Source: Octopus sinensis
Taxonomy: Eukaryota
Assembly (NCBI RefSeq): GCF_006345805.1
Contig: NC_043024.1
Coordinates: 7,378,001-7,442,000 of the forward strand
Length of the DNA: 64,000 bases
Direction: 5' to 3'
The stretch's first letter is position 1, and each line of letters begins with the position of its first letter. The notes below the pieces were generated by a model. That model did not search any database. It was given only the letters and a program-made list of their open reading frames with translations, and was not told the DNA's origin. Position numbers and translations under genes: made by a program. Shown here in pieces: positions 22,835-35,636 of this stretch.

Positions 22835-23215
22835 CTAAGGCGGCGAGCTGGCAGAAACGTTAGCACGCTGGGTGAAGTGCTTAGCAGTATTTCATCTGCC
22901 TTTACGTTCTGAGTTCAAATTCCGCCGAGGTTGACCTTGCCGTTCATCCTTTCGGGGTCGATTAAATAAGTACCAGTTACGCACTGGGGTCGATGTAATC
23001 GACTTAATCCCTTTGTTTGTCCCCTCTGTGTGTAGTCCCTTGTGGGTAATAAAGAAACAATTATGTTCTGAGTTCAAATTCTGCCGAGGTCGACTTTGCC
23101 TTTCATCCTTTCGGGGTCGATAAATTAAGTACCAGTCACACACTGGGGTCGATGTAATCGACTATCCCTGCTCCCCTAAATTTCAGACCTTGTGTCTATA
23201 GTAGAAAGGATTATT
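22835..23215 (+). mobile_element. SINE family B, two-unit form
   Basis: Head plus repeated core. Confidence 0.8.
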
Positions 23216-23234
23216 ATTATTAAGTGAGAGAGCA

Positions 23235-23681
23235 TCGTCATCATCATCGTTCGACTGTGGTCGAGACAATGGAATTTACCATGCTACGCCAGATTTCACG
23301 GTCCATCATAGCATTACGGAGGTCCTGTTGCTGGATGCCTGTATCCCTGGAAATTACATCAGGGTAGGAGAGTGTGCGCCCTCTGGTGTTGCGAGTAGAT
23401 GGCTTCCAGAGGAGAAGAGTAGAAATTGACTCGTTTTCAGCTCTACAACAATGTCCAGCAAACTGGACTCTTCTACTTTTCACAAGAGATGACACAGGTG
23501 GTAGTTTCCCATATATTTGCATTTTGGTTGGATGGCACTTCCACGAGAGATTTTGAGCTCTCATAAGGAGGCGAGTGTAGGTTCCATCCAACCGCCTCTG
23601 AAGCTTCTTTGATAATGTCCAGGTTTCTGAGCCATATAGTAGAATTGGTTCGACTGTGGCTTTGAAGATTTCAAGTTTGAA
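23235..23681 (-). mobile_element. 5'-truncated RTE-clade-like LINE (second family; ORF ends at the (GAT)n tail)
   Basis: KATVEPILLYGSETWTLSKKLQRRLDGTY...VQFAGHC; copies at 29790-30078 and 30640-31010. Confidence 0.85.
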
Positions 23682-24371
23682 AGAGCAGTGCATGCCATCA
23701 GAACGGATGTGTGCCACTGTAGGGGTTCTCTGATGTATCTTTTACCATTTTTCTTTCACCTGTTTTGGTCCCTGGATTGTGACAATGCTGGGGTATCCCT
23801 TCAAGGGTTAAGTCCAGTGCTTCTCAACCATTTTTCCACCTCTGGACCCCTTTTATTCCTATTTTACATGTATGGACCTTCATAACTATTTCATTGTATC
23901 TTTTTTTTTTATCTCTTTTACTTGTTTCAGTCATTAGACTGTGGCCATACTGGGGCACTGCTTTGAAATTTTTTGTCAAATGAATTGCCCCAGGTGCTAA
24001 TCTATCTTAAGCCTGGGATTTATTCTATTGCTTTTTGCTGAACTGCTAAGTCTTGGGGACATAAACACACCATCACTGGTTATCAAGTAGCGGTGGGGGA
24101 CAAACACAGATACAAATGCACACACACACACAAGCACACACACACACACATACACACAATGGGCTTCTTTTAGTTTCCATTTACCAAATAGGTGTAGATG
24201 TGGCTGTGTGGTAAGAAGTTTGCTTCCAAACTACATGGTTCCGGGTTCAGTCCCACTGTGTGGCACCTTGGGCAAGTGCCTTCTACTTTAGCCTCGGGCC
24301 GACCAAAGCCTTGTGAATGGATTTGGTAGACGGAAACTGAAAGAAGCTTTCTGAATAAAGAAACAGAATTA

Positions 24372-24970
24372 AGGCATCGAGCTGGCAGAAATGTTAGCAC
24401 ACCAGGCAAAATGCTTAGCGGTATTTCGTCTGCTGTTACATTCTGAGTTCAAATTCCACTAAGGTTGACCTTGCCTTTCATCCTTTCAGGGTCGATTAAA
24501 TAAGTACCAGTTACGTACTGGGGTCGATGTAATCGACTCAATACCTATGTCTGTCCTTGTTGGTCCCCTCTACGTTTAGCCCCTTGTGGGTAGTAAAGAA
24601 ATAGGTATTTTGTCAGCTGTTACGTTCTGAGTTCAAATTCCATCAAGGTTGACTTTGCCTTTCATCTTTTTGGGGGTCGATTAAATAAGTACAAGTTACG
24701 CACTGGGGTCAATATAATCTACTTAATACCTATGTCTGTCCTTGTTGGTCCCCTCTATGCTTAGCCCCTTGTGGGTAATAAAGAAATAGGTATTTTGTCT
24801 GCCGTTACGTTCTGGGTTCAAATTCCACCGAGGTTGACTTTGCTTTTCATCCTTTCAGGGTTGATAAATTAAGTACCAGTTACGCACTGGGGTCGTAATC
24901 AACTTAAACCCTTTGTCTGTCCTTATTTGTCCCCTCTGTGTGTGGCCCCTTGTGGGCTATAAAGAAATAA
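24372..24970 (+). mobile_element. SINE family B, head plus three tandem ~184-bp units
   Basis: Units restart at GGTATTT near 24420, 24604 and 24789. Confidence 0.85.
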
Positions 24971-26164
24971 GAAACTGAAAGAAGCCTGTCTTATATATCT
25001 ATGTATATATCTATGTATATGTCTGGGTTTGTCCCTCCATCCACTGCTTGACAACCAGTGATGATATGTTTATGTCCCCGTAACTTAGTGGTTCATCAAA
25101 AGAGACTGATAGAATTAGTACCAGGGTTCTCAACCATTTTTCCACCTCTGGACCTCTTTTATTCCTATTTTACATGTATGGACTTTAATAACCATTTCAT
25201 TGTATCTGGGGTCGATACATTCAACGATAAATTCTTGAAGGCAGTGCCCCAGCATGGCCACAGTCTAATGACTGAAACAAGTAAAAGATAAAAGATAATT
25301 CCACTTGCAAAACTTTGGTCTGCTTGAGGCCATGGAAGAAGACACTTACCCAAGTTGCCATACCGTGGGATTGAACCCTGAGCTGGGAAGCAAATTTCTT
25401 ACCACACAGCCATTAGATTTTTATGATGAAATATTATGTTCCTCCTTGAGCCATGCCAGGCTCATGGGCCCAGTTTCCCGGTTTCAATGGTGTATGCATT
25501 CCCCAGCTGGACGGGACTGAGTGGACTGGGGCAACGTGAAATGAAGTGTTTTGCTCAAGAATACAATGTGTCACCCAGTCCAGGAATTGAAACCACAACC
25601 TTACGATCATGAGTTCAACACCCTAACCACTAAGCCATGCACCTCCACAGCCATATTATTAGAGATTGTATAAAAAAAATTGTTTAAAATGTTTTGTGTA
25701 TTGTAGAAATACGAGAAGTTTCGAGTGTGTAAACTTCAACAGCAAAACCTTATAGGGACCTGCAAGAGGTATAAGAACCCTGGTTGAGAAAAACTGGTTT
25801 AGTCAAACAAATTGACCTCAATGTTTATGCTTTTTTTTTTTGATGTCTGCACGACACGCACACACGCACACACACACACTCACACATACACTCAAATACA
25901 CATACACCACATAATTGAAAACCCACTTGAAACAGGTGTGTATTTGTCTGCACATATGTGTATATGTATGTGTCTGTATGCCAACACACACACACACACA
26001 CATACATATATACATAAGAATACACACACACACACACACACATTGTGTGGTATGATTTTCAGGAAATAGTTTAGCATTTGAACAAAGAGAGGAAAGATAT
26101 TATTTCAAGAGGCTTTTTATCATTATAATTATTTTTTTTCTGTTGTGTCTGGGAAGAGTCATTT

Positions 26165-26191
26165 TCTTTTTGTGCCTTTATTATTATTATC

Positions 26192-26239
<48 letters not shown>

Positions 26240-26255
26240 GTTGTTGTTGTTGTTG

Positions 26256-26287
<32 letters not shown>

Positions 26288-26297
26288 GTTGTTGTTA

Positions 26298-26335
<38 letters not shown>

Positions 26336-26370
26336 TATTATTATTATTATTACTATTACTATTATTATTT
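26165..26370. repeat. (TTA)n/(TTG)n microsatellite
   Basis: Directly visible. Confidence 0.95.
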
Positions 26371-26673
26371 GTGATTTAAAAAAGGTAATATAAAAGGAGA
26401 AAGGGGCTCTCTATCCCCCTTTTGACCAGGCTCCCGTTGGCTTTTATGGGGTTTTTTCCACCAGGAATCTGTCGTAACGCCTCCCCCTTTTGGGGAGATT
26501 TTCATTGTTATAATCTTTCATTCTTTAAACTGTTTTTTACTCGATTTCACAAACGGACAAAACCCTTTGTAACTTTTCATCCTGTTTTGTCCCTTTATGT
26601 GATAATTGATTTTTGTCAGCCCTTGTGGCCAATAAAAGAATTAATTATTATTATATTATTATTATTATCATTA

Positions 26674-26727
<54 letters not shown>

Positions 26728-26729
<2 letters not shown>

Positions 26730-27066
26730 TATGTTTGACTTTTGCTTTATGTTTGTACAAGTTGGCTCCAAGTCTCACCCAGAGACCTCAAGAGACAACA
26801 GGTTGGAAGTTCACGCTATTATGCCTAGTATGCCATATATTTGGGTTTTTTTTTTGTGTTGTACTAGTGAATGTCTAATAAATAAATTTAAAAAAAAAAG
26901 TTTGTTTTAAACCTTGAGATTACATAGAAAGTATTTTGCGTAGGATATGAGTAGTTCCCATGAGCACTATCTTTTGAATTTCTGCCATTTTGGGGTTTCC
27001 TGGTATCTGAGTCAGGTAGCAATCAGCCCCTTTCGCTATCATTCCTAGGACACCTATGACAACAGC
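26728..27066 (-). mobile_element. Dong-like LINE 3' fragment with TAA repeats on both sides
   Basis: Reverse homology to 1650-1983. Confidence 0.85.
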
Positions 27067-27076
27067 TTTATTATTA

Positions 27077-27107
<31 letters not shown>

Positions 27108-27110
<3 letters not shown>

Positions 27111-27590
27111 GAGTGAGAGAGCAGTTCATGCCATCAAAGTGACACTGGGGTAAAATATACGAAGCCCAATATACCCATCATAACTACCCGTCTGATAAAG
27201 GTACACCAGGCACATGCATCACAACCAGATGTGCGCGACATGGTGATCTCATATCAAGATAAACAGCACATGACCTTGCAGGTGGGGCCCAGTTAGAATT
27301 TTCTTCAGGTTGAGTAGCCCATCCCGCTCAAAAGGTCCCTGAATGAGGGTTGTTTAAGGATGTTGAAAGAACCACCCATGTTTCCAGAGGTGAATTATTC
27401 AAACCCCAAAGAATCCCTCTCAACATATGGCTATGATGCTCCCCCACTACTTCTGCTCGTGATCAGAGATGCACATATCGTCAGCCACTAACGGACATGC
27501 TCAACTGGTTAAGGTCAAACAACTGACAAGCAAATCTGTGGTATTGAGCAGAATATTTGCTGTAGCCCATCTTTTATACCAAGACAAATT
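27108..27590 (-). mobile_element. (TAA)n-tailed retroposon (family of 2911-3492)
   Basis: Reverse homology; TTA repeats at both ends. Confidence 0.8.
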
Positions 27591-28819
27591 ATTATTATTA
27601 TCATTATTATTATTACTTTTTTTTCTTCTTTCAAATTTGCTTCCATTTCTTGCCGAGTGTCTTCCCAACTCCTAGGGCAAAGAAACTCATAGTATACATT
27701 GGTAGGCCATTAAACCAAACTCAGTAGATCGTTAATTTTTTTTTTTTTTTTTTTTTAAATTAAAATACATGAGCAGCAACAGTTCTCACATCGACAATGC
27801 TCTTCTCAATACGTGTGATGTACCAGTTAAGACAATCTTTTGCACTTCTTGCAGGGATGGTAAGCCAGGGATCATTCTCATATAATTTTCGGTTCCCTTC
27901 TTGATCATTCCTAGTATTATTATATTATTATTATTATTATTATTATCATTATTATTATTATATCATTATTATTATTATTATTATTAAGGTGCCGAGCTGG
28001 CAGACTCATTAGCATGTTGGACAAAATGCTTGGCAGCGTTTCGTCTGTCTTTACGTTTTATTTTGACCTTTGCTAGATTTTGAGTTCAAATTCTGCCATG
28101 GTCAACTTTGCCCTTCATCCTTTTGGTGTTGATAAATTAAGTACCACTTGAGTACTGAGGTCGAAGTAGCAAATTCTCAAGTACCCCCCATCACACCACC
28201 ACCACCACCACTCAACAGCAACTTCACCAGACTGTCAACAACAAAAACATCCCATCACTACCATCACCACCACCACCACCACCACCACCACCACTATCAT
28301 AGACACCATCATCACAAGAACAAGAACAACCCAATTCACACACATGACTTTCAGATTGTACATCTCAACACCAGTAAAACACTTTGAACTACACACCAAT
28401 AGGCACCAATAATTTTAAAAAAACTAATACATAGGCGTAGGAGTGACTGTGTGGTAAGTAGCATACTTACCAACCACATGGTCCCGGGTTCAGTCCCACT
28501 GCGTGGCACCTTGGACAAGTGTCTTCTACTATAGCCTCGGGCAGACCAGAGCCTTGTGAGTGGATTTGGTAGATGGAAACTACTAAGCAGTTTCACTGGA
28601 CTTGTGCCCAGCTTGTGTCAAAACAACAATGGTAGAACAATTCTGTTTTTCCATGACTTTCTGTTGCTGAATCAGCTTTCTATTTAACTGAAAAATAAAG
28701 AGGATTAGATTTTCAAGCAAGCAAGGTTTTGTGAAGAATTCAAATGTTAAACCCACTAAGCCAACTGCTTCAAATTGGTCTCAATTTATCTGCAAGACCC
28801 TGGAATTGTTCATGGTGAC

Positions 28820-29330
28820 AACAGTATTGTCATGACCCATTCCAAAGTACGGATCTACCAAGCACTAGTGCGAATGATTCTCCTTTATGGCAGCGAGTCA
28901 TGGCCAATGAGGGTGGAAGATATTAAGCGACTAGAATCCTTCGATCACCTCTGTCTACTCCGCATCCTTCGAGTCCGATGGCATCACTTTGTCTCCAACA
29001 ATTCGGTGCAACACCAGTGCAAAATCATCTCCCTCCGACAAGTCATCCTTATGAGACGTCTGTGTTGGCTGGGTCATGCCCTCCGTCATCAACCAGGAGA
29101 ATTCATCTACGAAGCAATTGCCCCAGCTCCCCTTCAGGGTTGGCGAAAGCGATGTGGTGGACAACGAAAAACCTGACTGATGACAGTTAAGGCTGATCTG
29201 GAACCCAACCTAGGCCCCCATGTCTACGGCATTCACCGCTGGAATAGGGAGTGGTTGGAGATCATGCAGTCATTAACCTCAAATTGCCAGGCCTGGTCAG
29301 CGTTTGTGAGAGATGCAGCATTGAGGATGA
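28820..29330 (+). mobile_element. RTE-like LINE RT C-terminal fragment (third family)
   Basis: KVRIYQALVRMILLYGSESW...RLESFDHLCLLRILRVRW...RLCWLGHALR. Confidence 0.85.
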
Positions 29331-29789
29331 ATGCTATCTCAAGACAAGAAGAAGAGAGATTCCAGACATTATATAACCACCAAATAGCATACAAATAGCA
29401 AATACACTGTAATTATTGAGAAATCGCCAGCTTGGAGATTACCAGCGACACAATGATCTTTTGTAAGTCTCTGAGGAGGGATACAGTAAAAAATATGCAA
29501 GATTTAATTGTTGACATCATAAAAATTTATAAACCTAATACTATACTAATTACAAGAAAATTGCATCAAAAGGTATGTGACAATGATGTCAGACATGGCA
29601 TGCAGACCATCATATAACTTGTTTGATATTGTGTTTTTATTCTTGTCTTTCATTTCATTTTGATATGTGCATTGCCTTTTTATTCTTCTCTTCTGTTTTA
29701 TGAATACAGTGTGCACATACACATTGTGCGTTCATTCTTCTTTTTCTGGTTCCTACCCAAAATTGTTTACAGATCACAACCATCAGATG

Positions 29790-30078
29790 AACTGTGCGCC
29801 CTTTGGCATTGCGAGTAGATGGCTTCCAGAGGAGAAGAGTAGAAATTACCTCTTTTTCAGCTCTACAACAATGTCCAGCAAACTGGACTCTTCTACTTTT
29901 CACAAGAGATGACACAGGTGGTAGTTTCCCATATATTTGCAGTTTGGTTGGATGACGCTTCCACGAGAGATTTTGAGCTCTCATAAGAAGGCGAGTGTAA
30001 GTTCCATCCAACCGCCTCTCAAGCTTCTTTGATAACGTCCAGGTTTCTGAGCCATATAGTAGAATTGGTTCGACTGTG
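29790..30078 (-). mobile_element. RTE-clade-like LINE internal fragment
   Basis: TVEPILLYGSETWTLSKKLERRLDGTY. Confidence 0.85.
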
Positions 30079-30098
30079 TTTATATATATATATATATA

Positions 30099-30611
30099 TC
30101 TATATATATAAAACTCTAGTTGTGTGAGTGTCTGTCCCCTTCGATTTAGATTCCTAACTCCTCCCACATTTTGCGGTGCAGTTTAACCAAATTCGGGTAT
30201 CTTATAGTCGTGATTCATATCGAGCCCGTCTGGGTATTAGCGCGCGTCAACGATGAGTCTACGATTTTAAAAATAATTTAACATCATTTTTTTATTCCAT
30301 TTTAATGCATAAAATGCATCGTATGTCGATGGCGGCGGAGTTGGCGTCCATGGTCACACCTGCACCTGTTTGCTTCTCCCCCTTCCCTCCCTCGTGAAGC
30401 TGTGGGGAAGGGAGTGTAAAGAAATCAACGTCGTAATGCGTTGTGAAGGAGACCAGCGTTCTTTTAGAACAACGACTTCATGGCTTGAAGATACCAAAAC
30501 AGAAATGGCCAAGAAAACCCGAATTGGCATCTATAAAGGAAGTAACTCTCTAAAAATGCTTATATAGTTATTTCCCTTACAAACCCGAGCAACGCTGGGC
30601 GATACTGCTAG
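30099..30611 (+). mobile_element. Non-autonomous Helitron
   Basis: 5' TC at 30099, 3' CTAG at 30608-30611, subterminal hairpin CCCGAGCAACGCTGGG at 30584-30599, inserted between A and T in (TA)n, no TSD. Confidence 0.85.
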
Positions 30612-30639
30612 TATATATATATATATATATATATATACG

Positions 30640-31010
30640 ATCATCATCATTGTTTGACCGTGGATGAGACAATGAAATTTATCATGCTACGCCAGACTTC
30701 ACGGTCCATCATGGCATTACGGAGGCCCTGTTGGTGGATGCCTGTATCCCTGGAGATTACATCAGGGTAGGAGAGTGTGCGCCCTCTGGTATTGCGAGTA
30801 GATGGCTTCCAGAGGAGAAGAGTAGAAATTGCCTCTTTTTCAGCTCTACAACAATGTCCAGCAAACTGAACTCTTCTACCTTTCGCAAGAGATGACACAG
30901 GTGGTAGTTTCCCATATATTTGTACTTTGGTTGGATGGCGCTTCCACGAGAGATTTTGAGCTCTCATAACGAGGCGAGTGTAGGTTCCATCCAACTGCTT
31001 CTCAAGCTTC
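30640..31010 (-). mobile_element. 5'-truncated RTE-clade-like LINE with (GAT)n tail
   Basis: ORF 30647-30994, homologous to 23244-23717. Confidence 0.85.
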
Positions 31011-31319
31011 TTTGGTACTTAATTTATCAACCCTGAAAGGATGAAAGGCAAAGTCGACCTCGGTGGAATTTGAACTCAGAACACAGTGACAGGCAAATTA
31101 CTGCTAAGCATTTCATCCACAAATACAAACACAAAAACAAAACCTAATGATATCATTGGAAAAACCGATCTATTTTTATCTCATGAAATTGGGAATGTTA
31201 ACCAAATGTACAAATATGACTTAAGATGATAACGTCTGGACAGGAAGCAAATTCCCCAGTATATACATACATGTGTGTGTATGTGCATTTGTGTGTGTAT
31301 GCGAGTGTGAGAAAGACAG

Positions 31320-31573
31320 AGAGAAAGAGAGAGCAAGAGAGAAAGAGTGGGAGAGAGTGTGTGTGTGTGTGTGTGTGTTTGTGTGTGTGGTATTTGTGTG
31401 GTGTGGAGAGAGAAGAGAGAAGAGTGAGAGAGAGGAGTGTGGGTGTGTGTGGTTGTGTGTGGGGTGTGTTTATTTGTGTGTGTGTGAGAGAGAAAGACTG
31501 AGTGAGAGAGAGTGAGTGTGTGTGTGTGTGTGTTTATTTGTGTGTGTGCGAGAGAGAAAGACTGAGTGAGAGG

Positions 31574-31610
<37 letters not shown>

Positions 31611-32070
31611 AGTGTGTGTGTGCGAGAGAGAAAGACTGAGAGAGAGAGAGTGTGTGTGTGTGTGTTGTGTGTGTGTGTGTGTTTATTTGTGGTGTGTGTG
31701 AGAGAGAAAGGGAGTGAGAGAGAGAAAGACTGAGTGAGAGAGAGTGAGTGTGTGTGTGTGTGTGTTTATTTGTGTGTGTGCGAGAGAGAAAGACTGAGAG
31801 AGAGAGAGTATTTCTTTATTCACCATAAGGTTGAGAAAAAGAGGGGACAAAACAAACATTGGGGTCAGAGTATCAGACGAAACGTATGAATAAACAAACA
31901 ATTAAAATATATACAATTAAATGAGAATGAGTGAATAACAAAAAATGAAGCGGAGGACACGGTTGACCCCAGAGAGAGAGAGAGTGAGAGAGAGTGAGAG
32001 AGAGAGAGTGAGAGAGAGTGAGAGAGAGAGTGAGAGAGAGATAGTGTGTGTGTGTGTGTGTGTGTGTGTG
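31320..32070. repeat. Complex (GA)n/(GT)n microsatellite region
   Basis: Directly visible; repeated spacers GTTTATTTG and GAGAAAGACTGAG. Confidence 0.9.
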
Positions 32071-32265
32071 TATTTAACCAATCCCATATAAGTGTTTGTC
32101 TTGTTTATGAAGCCAAAACAATACAAGTGGTAAGAAATAATGATTTAAAATTTTGGTACGGGGGGGGGATCCAGCAATTTTGGGGGAGGGGTAAGTCGAT
32201 TACATCGACCTCAGTACTCAGCTGATACTTATTTTATTGACCCCAAGGGGATGACAAGCAAAATC

Positions 32266-32640
32266 GTGGAGGCGCAATGGCCCAGTGGTTAGGGCAGTGG
32301 ACTCGCGGTCGGAGGATCGCGGTTTCGATTCCCTGACCCGGCGTTGTGTGTTTATTGAGCGAAAAACACCTAAAGCTCCACGAGGCTCCGGCAGGGGGTG
32401 GTGGCGACCCCTGTTGCATTCTTTCGCTCCAATTTTCTCTCACTCTTTCTTCCTGTCTCTTGTCCCCGACTTCCTACGCAACCGCTGAGCCTGGATGCGC
32501 ATTCATCCATCCGTCGATGCTCTCGGTGTTGGGGATTGACCTGCTTTCTCTTCTGCGGGTCTCACGAATAGCAAAGGACCACGTTTCAGACTTCTCCCAT
32601 CTTGCGAGCTCTGGGACGAAGACCGTTTGCTCAACAGCAA
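32266..32640 (+). mobile_element. SINE family C head with a different downstream body
   Basis: tRNA-like head at 32266; sequence after about 32460 differs from other family-C copies. Confidence 0.6.
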
Positions 32641-32656
32641 GCAAAATCAACCTCTC

Positions 32657-32998
32657 ACTCTTTTACTTGTTTCAGTCATTTGACTGCGGCCATGCTGGAG
32701 CACTGCCTTTTAATCGAGCAAATCGACCCCAGGACTTATTCTTTGTAAGCCTAGTACTTATTCTATCGGTCTCTTTTGTTGAACTGCTAAGTTACAGGGA
32801 TGTAAACACACCAGCATTGGTTGCTAAGTGATGTTGGGGGGACAAACACAGGCACACAAACACACACATATATATGCATATACATATGTATGATGGGCTT
32901 CTTTCAGTTTCCGTCTACAAAATCCACTCACAAGGCTTTGGTCGGCCTGAGGCTATAGTAGAAGACACTTGCCCAAGGGGCCATGTAGTGGGACTGAA
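32657..32998 (-). mobile_element. SINE family A (head truncated)
   Basis: Reverse match. Confidence 0.85.
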
Positions 32999-33476
32999 CA
33001 TTGTTTTGTCTTGGTACAAGATGGGCTACAGCAAATATTCTGCTCAATATCACTGACCTTAACCAGTTGAGCATGTCCCTTGGTGGCTGACAACATGTGC
33101 ATCTCTGATCATGAGCTGAAGTAGTGGGGGAGCATCCTAGCCATGTGTTGAGGGGGATTCTTTGGGGTTTGAATAATTCACCTCTGGAAACATGGGTGTT
33201 TCGTTCAACATCCTTAAGCAACCCTTATTCAGGGACCTTTTGAGCATGATGGGTTACTGGACCTGAAGAAAATTCTAACTGGTCCCCACCTGCAAGGCCA
33301 TGTGCTGTTTATCTTGATATGAGATCACCATGTCGCGCACATATGGTTGTGATGCATGTGCCTGGTGTACCCTTATCAGACGGGTAATCATGATGAGTAT
33401 ACTGGGCTTTGTATATTTTACCCCAGTGTCACTTTGATGGCATGCACTACTCTCTCTCTCTCTCTCAATAATAATG

Positions 33477-33560
<84 letters not shown>
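32999..33560 (+). mobile_element. (TAA)n-tailed retroposon (family of 2911-3492)
   Basis: Homology and (AAT)n tail. Confidence 0.8.
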
Positions 33561-33561
<1 letters not shown>

Positions 33562-33673
33562 CCTTTCTACAATAGGTACAAGGCCTGGGAATTTGGGGGA
33601 GGGGACCAGGTGATTAAATCGACCCCAGTATTTCAATTATACTTAATTTATCAACTCTGAAAGGATGAAAGGG

Positions 33674-33702
33674 TATGTACGTATATATGTATGTATGTAT
33701 GC

Positions 33703-33734
<32 letters not shown>

Positions 33735-34575
33735 GCAGGCATGTATACATGTATGTATATATGTACGTATCTATGTATATATGTATGTATGCTTGTATGG
33801 ACTGTATCACTGTATCTATGCATGTATGTATGCATGTATGTATACACGCATGTATGTATGTATTCAGGCATGCATGCATGGACATATGTATGTATCTCTG
33901 TATATATGCATGCATGTACGTATGTATGTATACATACATGTATGTATGCGCGTATATATGCATGTATATATGCACGTACGTATCCAAGTATGTATGCATA
34001 TATGTACGTATGTATGCATGCATGTATAGACGTATATATGTACGTACGCATCTCTGTATCTATGCATGTATGTACGTACGTATGTATGTATGTATGCATG
34101 CATGTATATACGCATGTATGTATGCATGGACATACGTATGTATCTCTGTATGTATGTATGCATGCATGCACGTACGTATGCATGTATGCCTGCATGCATG
34201 TGTATATATATGCATGCATGCATGTATGTATGTATGTATGTGTGTATGTATGTATGTATGTATGTATGTATGCATGTATATATGCATGTATGTAAGTACG
34301 TATACATGTATGTATGCTTCTACGTACGCATGTATGTATGCATGTATGTAAGTACGTATACATGTATGTATGCTTCTACGTACGTATGTATGTATGCAAG
34401 TGCGTACGTACGTAAGTATGTATATCTGCATGCATGTATGTATGTATGTATGTATGTATGTACGTACGTAGCCATGTATGTATGCATGTATGCAAGTGCG
34501 TACGTATGTATGTATATCTGCAAGCATGTATGTATGTTTGTACGTACGTATCCATGTATACACGTATGTACGTAC
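33674..34575. repeat. ~900-bp purine-pyrimidine alternating tract (TATG/CATG/TACG)n
   Basis: Directly visible; source of the M/Y/V/C/H ORFs. Confidence 0.95.
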
Positions 34576-34835
34576 AGGCAAATGCATCAGTTGACGAAAC
34601 GCCAATTTTCTCTTTTTTTGACATTTCGTACTGCGCATGCTCAACCGGATACCGACCGTCAAAACTGTAAAAGAATGTCAAACAATCTTAAACGCAAACA
34701 CAAATTCACGAAGAAAATAATTTGACATCGGACATAGACACAGTAAATCAATATCCCTCATATGTACCTATATCTCTACTATTGTGCCTTTAAATTAGAC
34801 GTAGACAGAATATGGATTTAATTGTTCAGGTAAAT
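34575..34835 (+). promoter_or_regulatory. Candidate promoter or first exon of the 37956 zinc-finger gene
   Basis: Unique in the window, CpG-containing; TGCGCATGCTCA at 34632-34643 (11/12 to the NRF1-type palindrome); donor-like CAG|GTAAAT at 34830. Confidence 0.3.
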
Positions 34836-35009
34836 ATTTTTCCTATAATTTATCATATTTTCACGGTTTAATTCTTATTTGGCAGAGTTTCGGAATAAGT
34901 ACATTACTTAATTATGTGTTATTATTTTGTTTTCACCTGTAATTTCTTCAGATTACGATACTGCAACAAATAATAATAAAAATAATAATAATAATATTGG
35001 TTTCAGATT

Positions 35010-35395
35010 TTGTGGCTGTGTGGTAAGTAGCTTGCTTACCAGACCACATGGTTCCGGGTTCAGTCCCACTGCGTGGCAGCTTGGGCAACTGTCTTCTACT
35101 ATAGCCTCGGGCCGACCAAAGCCTTGTGAGTGGATTTGGTAGACGGAAACTGAAAGAAGCCCGTCGTATATGTGTTTGTATTTGTGTGTCTGTGTTTGTC
35201 TCCCCCCAACATCGCTTGACAACCGATGCTGGTGTGTTTACGTCCCCGTAAACACACCCGCATCGGTTGTGTTCGGCAAAAGAGTACTAGGCTTACAAAG
35301 AATAAGTCCTGGGGTAGATTTGCTCGACCCCCCAAAAAAAAGGCGCTGCTCCAGCATGGCCGTAGTCAAATGACTGAAACAAGTAAAAGACTAAA
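35010..35395 (+). mobile_element. SINE family A
   Basis: Full-length match. Confidence 0.85.
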
Positions 35396-35636
35396 CGCCA
35401 ACAATTCCGTGGGGAGGGTCAGGTCGATTATGTTATCGGCCTCGAAAGGTTGAAAGGCAAGATCGACCACGGCGACATTCGAACTCATAAGCGAAGGACG
35501 ACGATATACTGCTAAGCATTTTGCCCAGCGTGAAGCACAATAATGATTATAATACCAATGGTTTCAAATTTTAGCAGAAAGGCAGCAATTTCGGGGCATA
35601 AATTAATCGAGTACACCGAAACCTGTGCTCAACTGG

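Noticed and set aside
26400-26950. Apparently novel sequence next to TTA repeats
   Set aside because: Looks like a heavily degraded or low-accuracy version of known repeats (homopolymer distortions in the Dong-like copy); possible consensus error
28148-28387. His- and Pro-rich ORF
   Set aside because: (CAC)n microsatellite flanked by SINE pieces; no splice or homology support
33614-34725. Multiple 200-250-aa ORFs of M/Y/V/C/H/T/I on both strands
   Set aside because: Produced by the RY tetranucleotide tract; no coding signature
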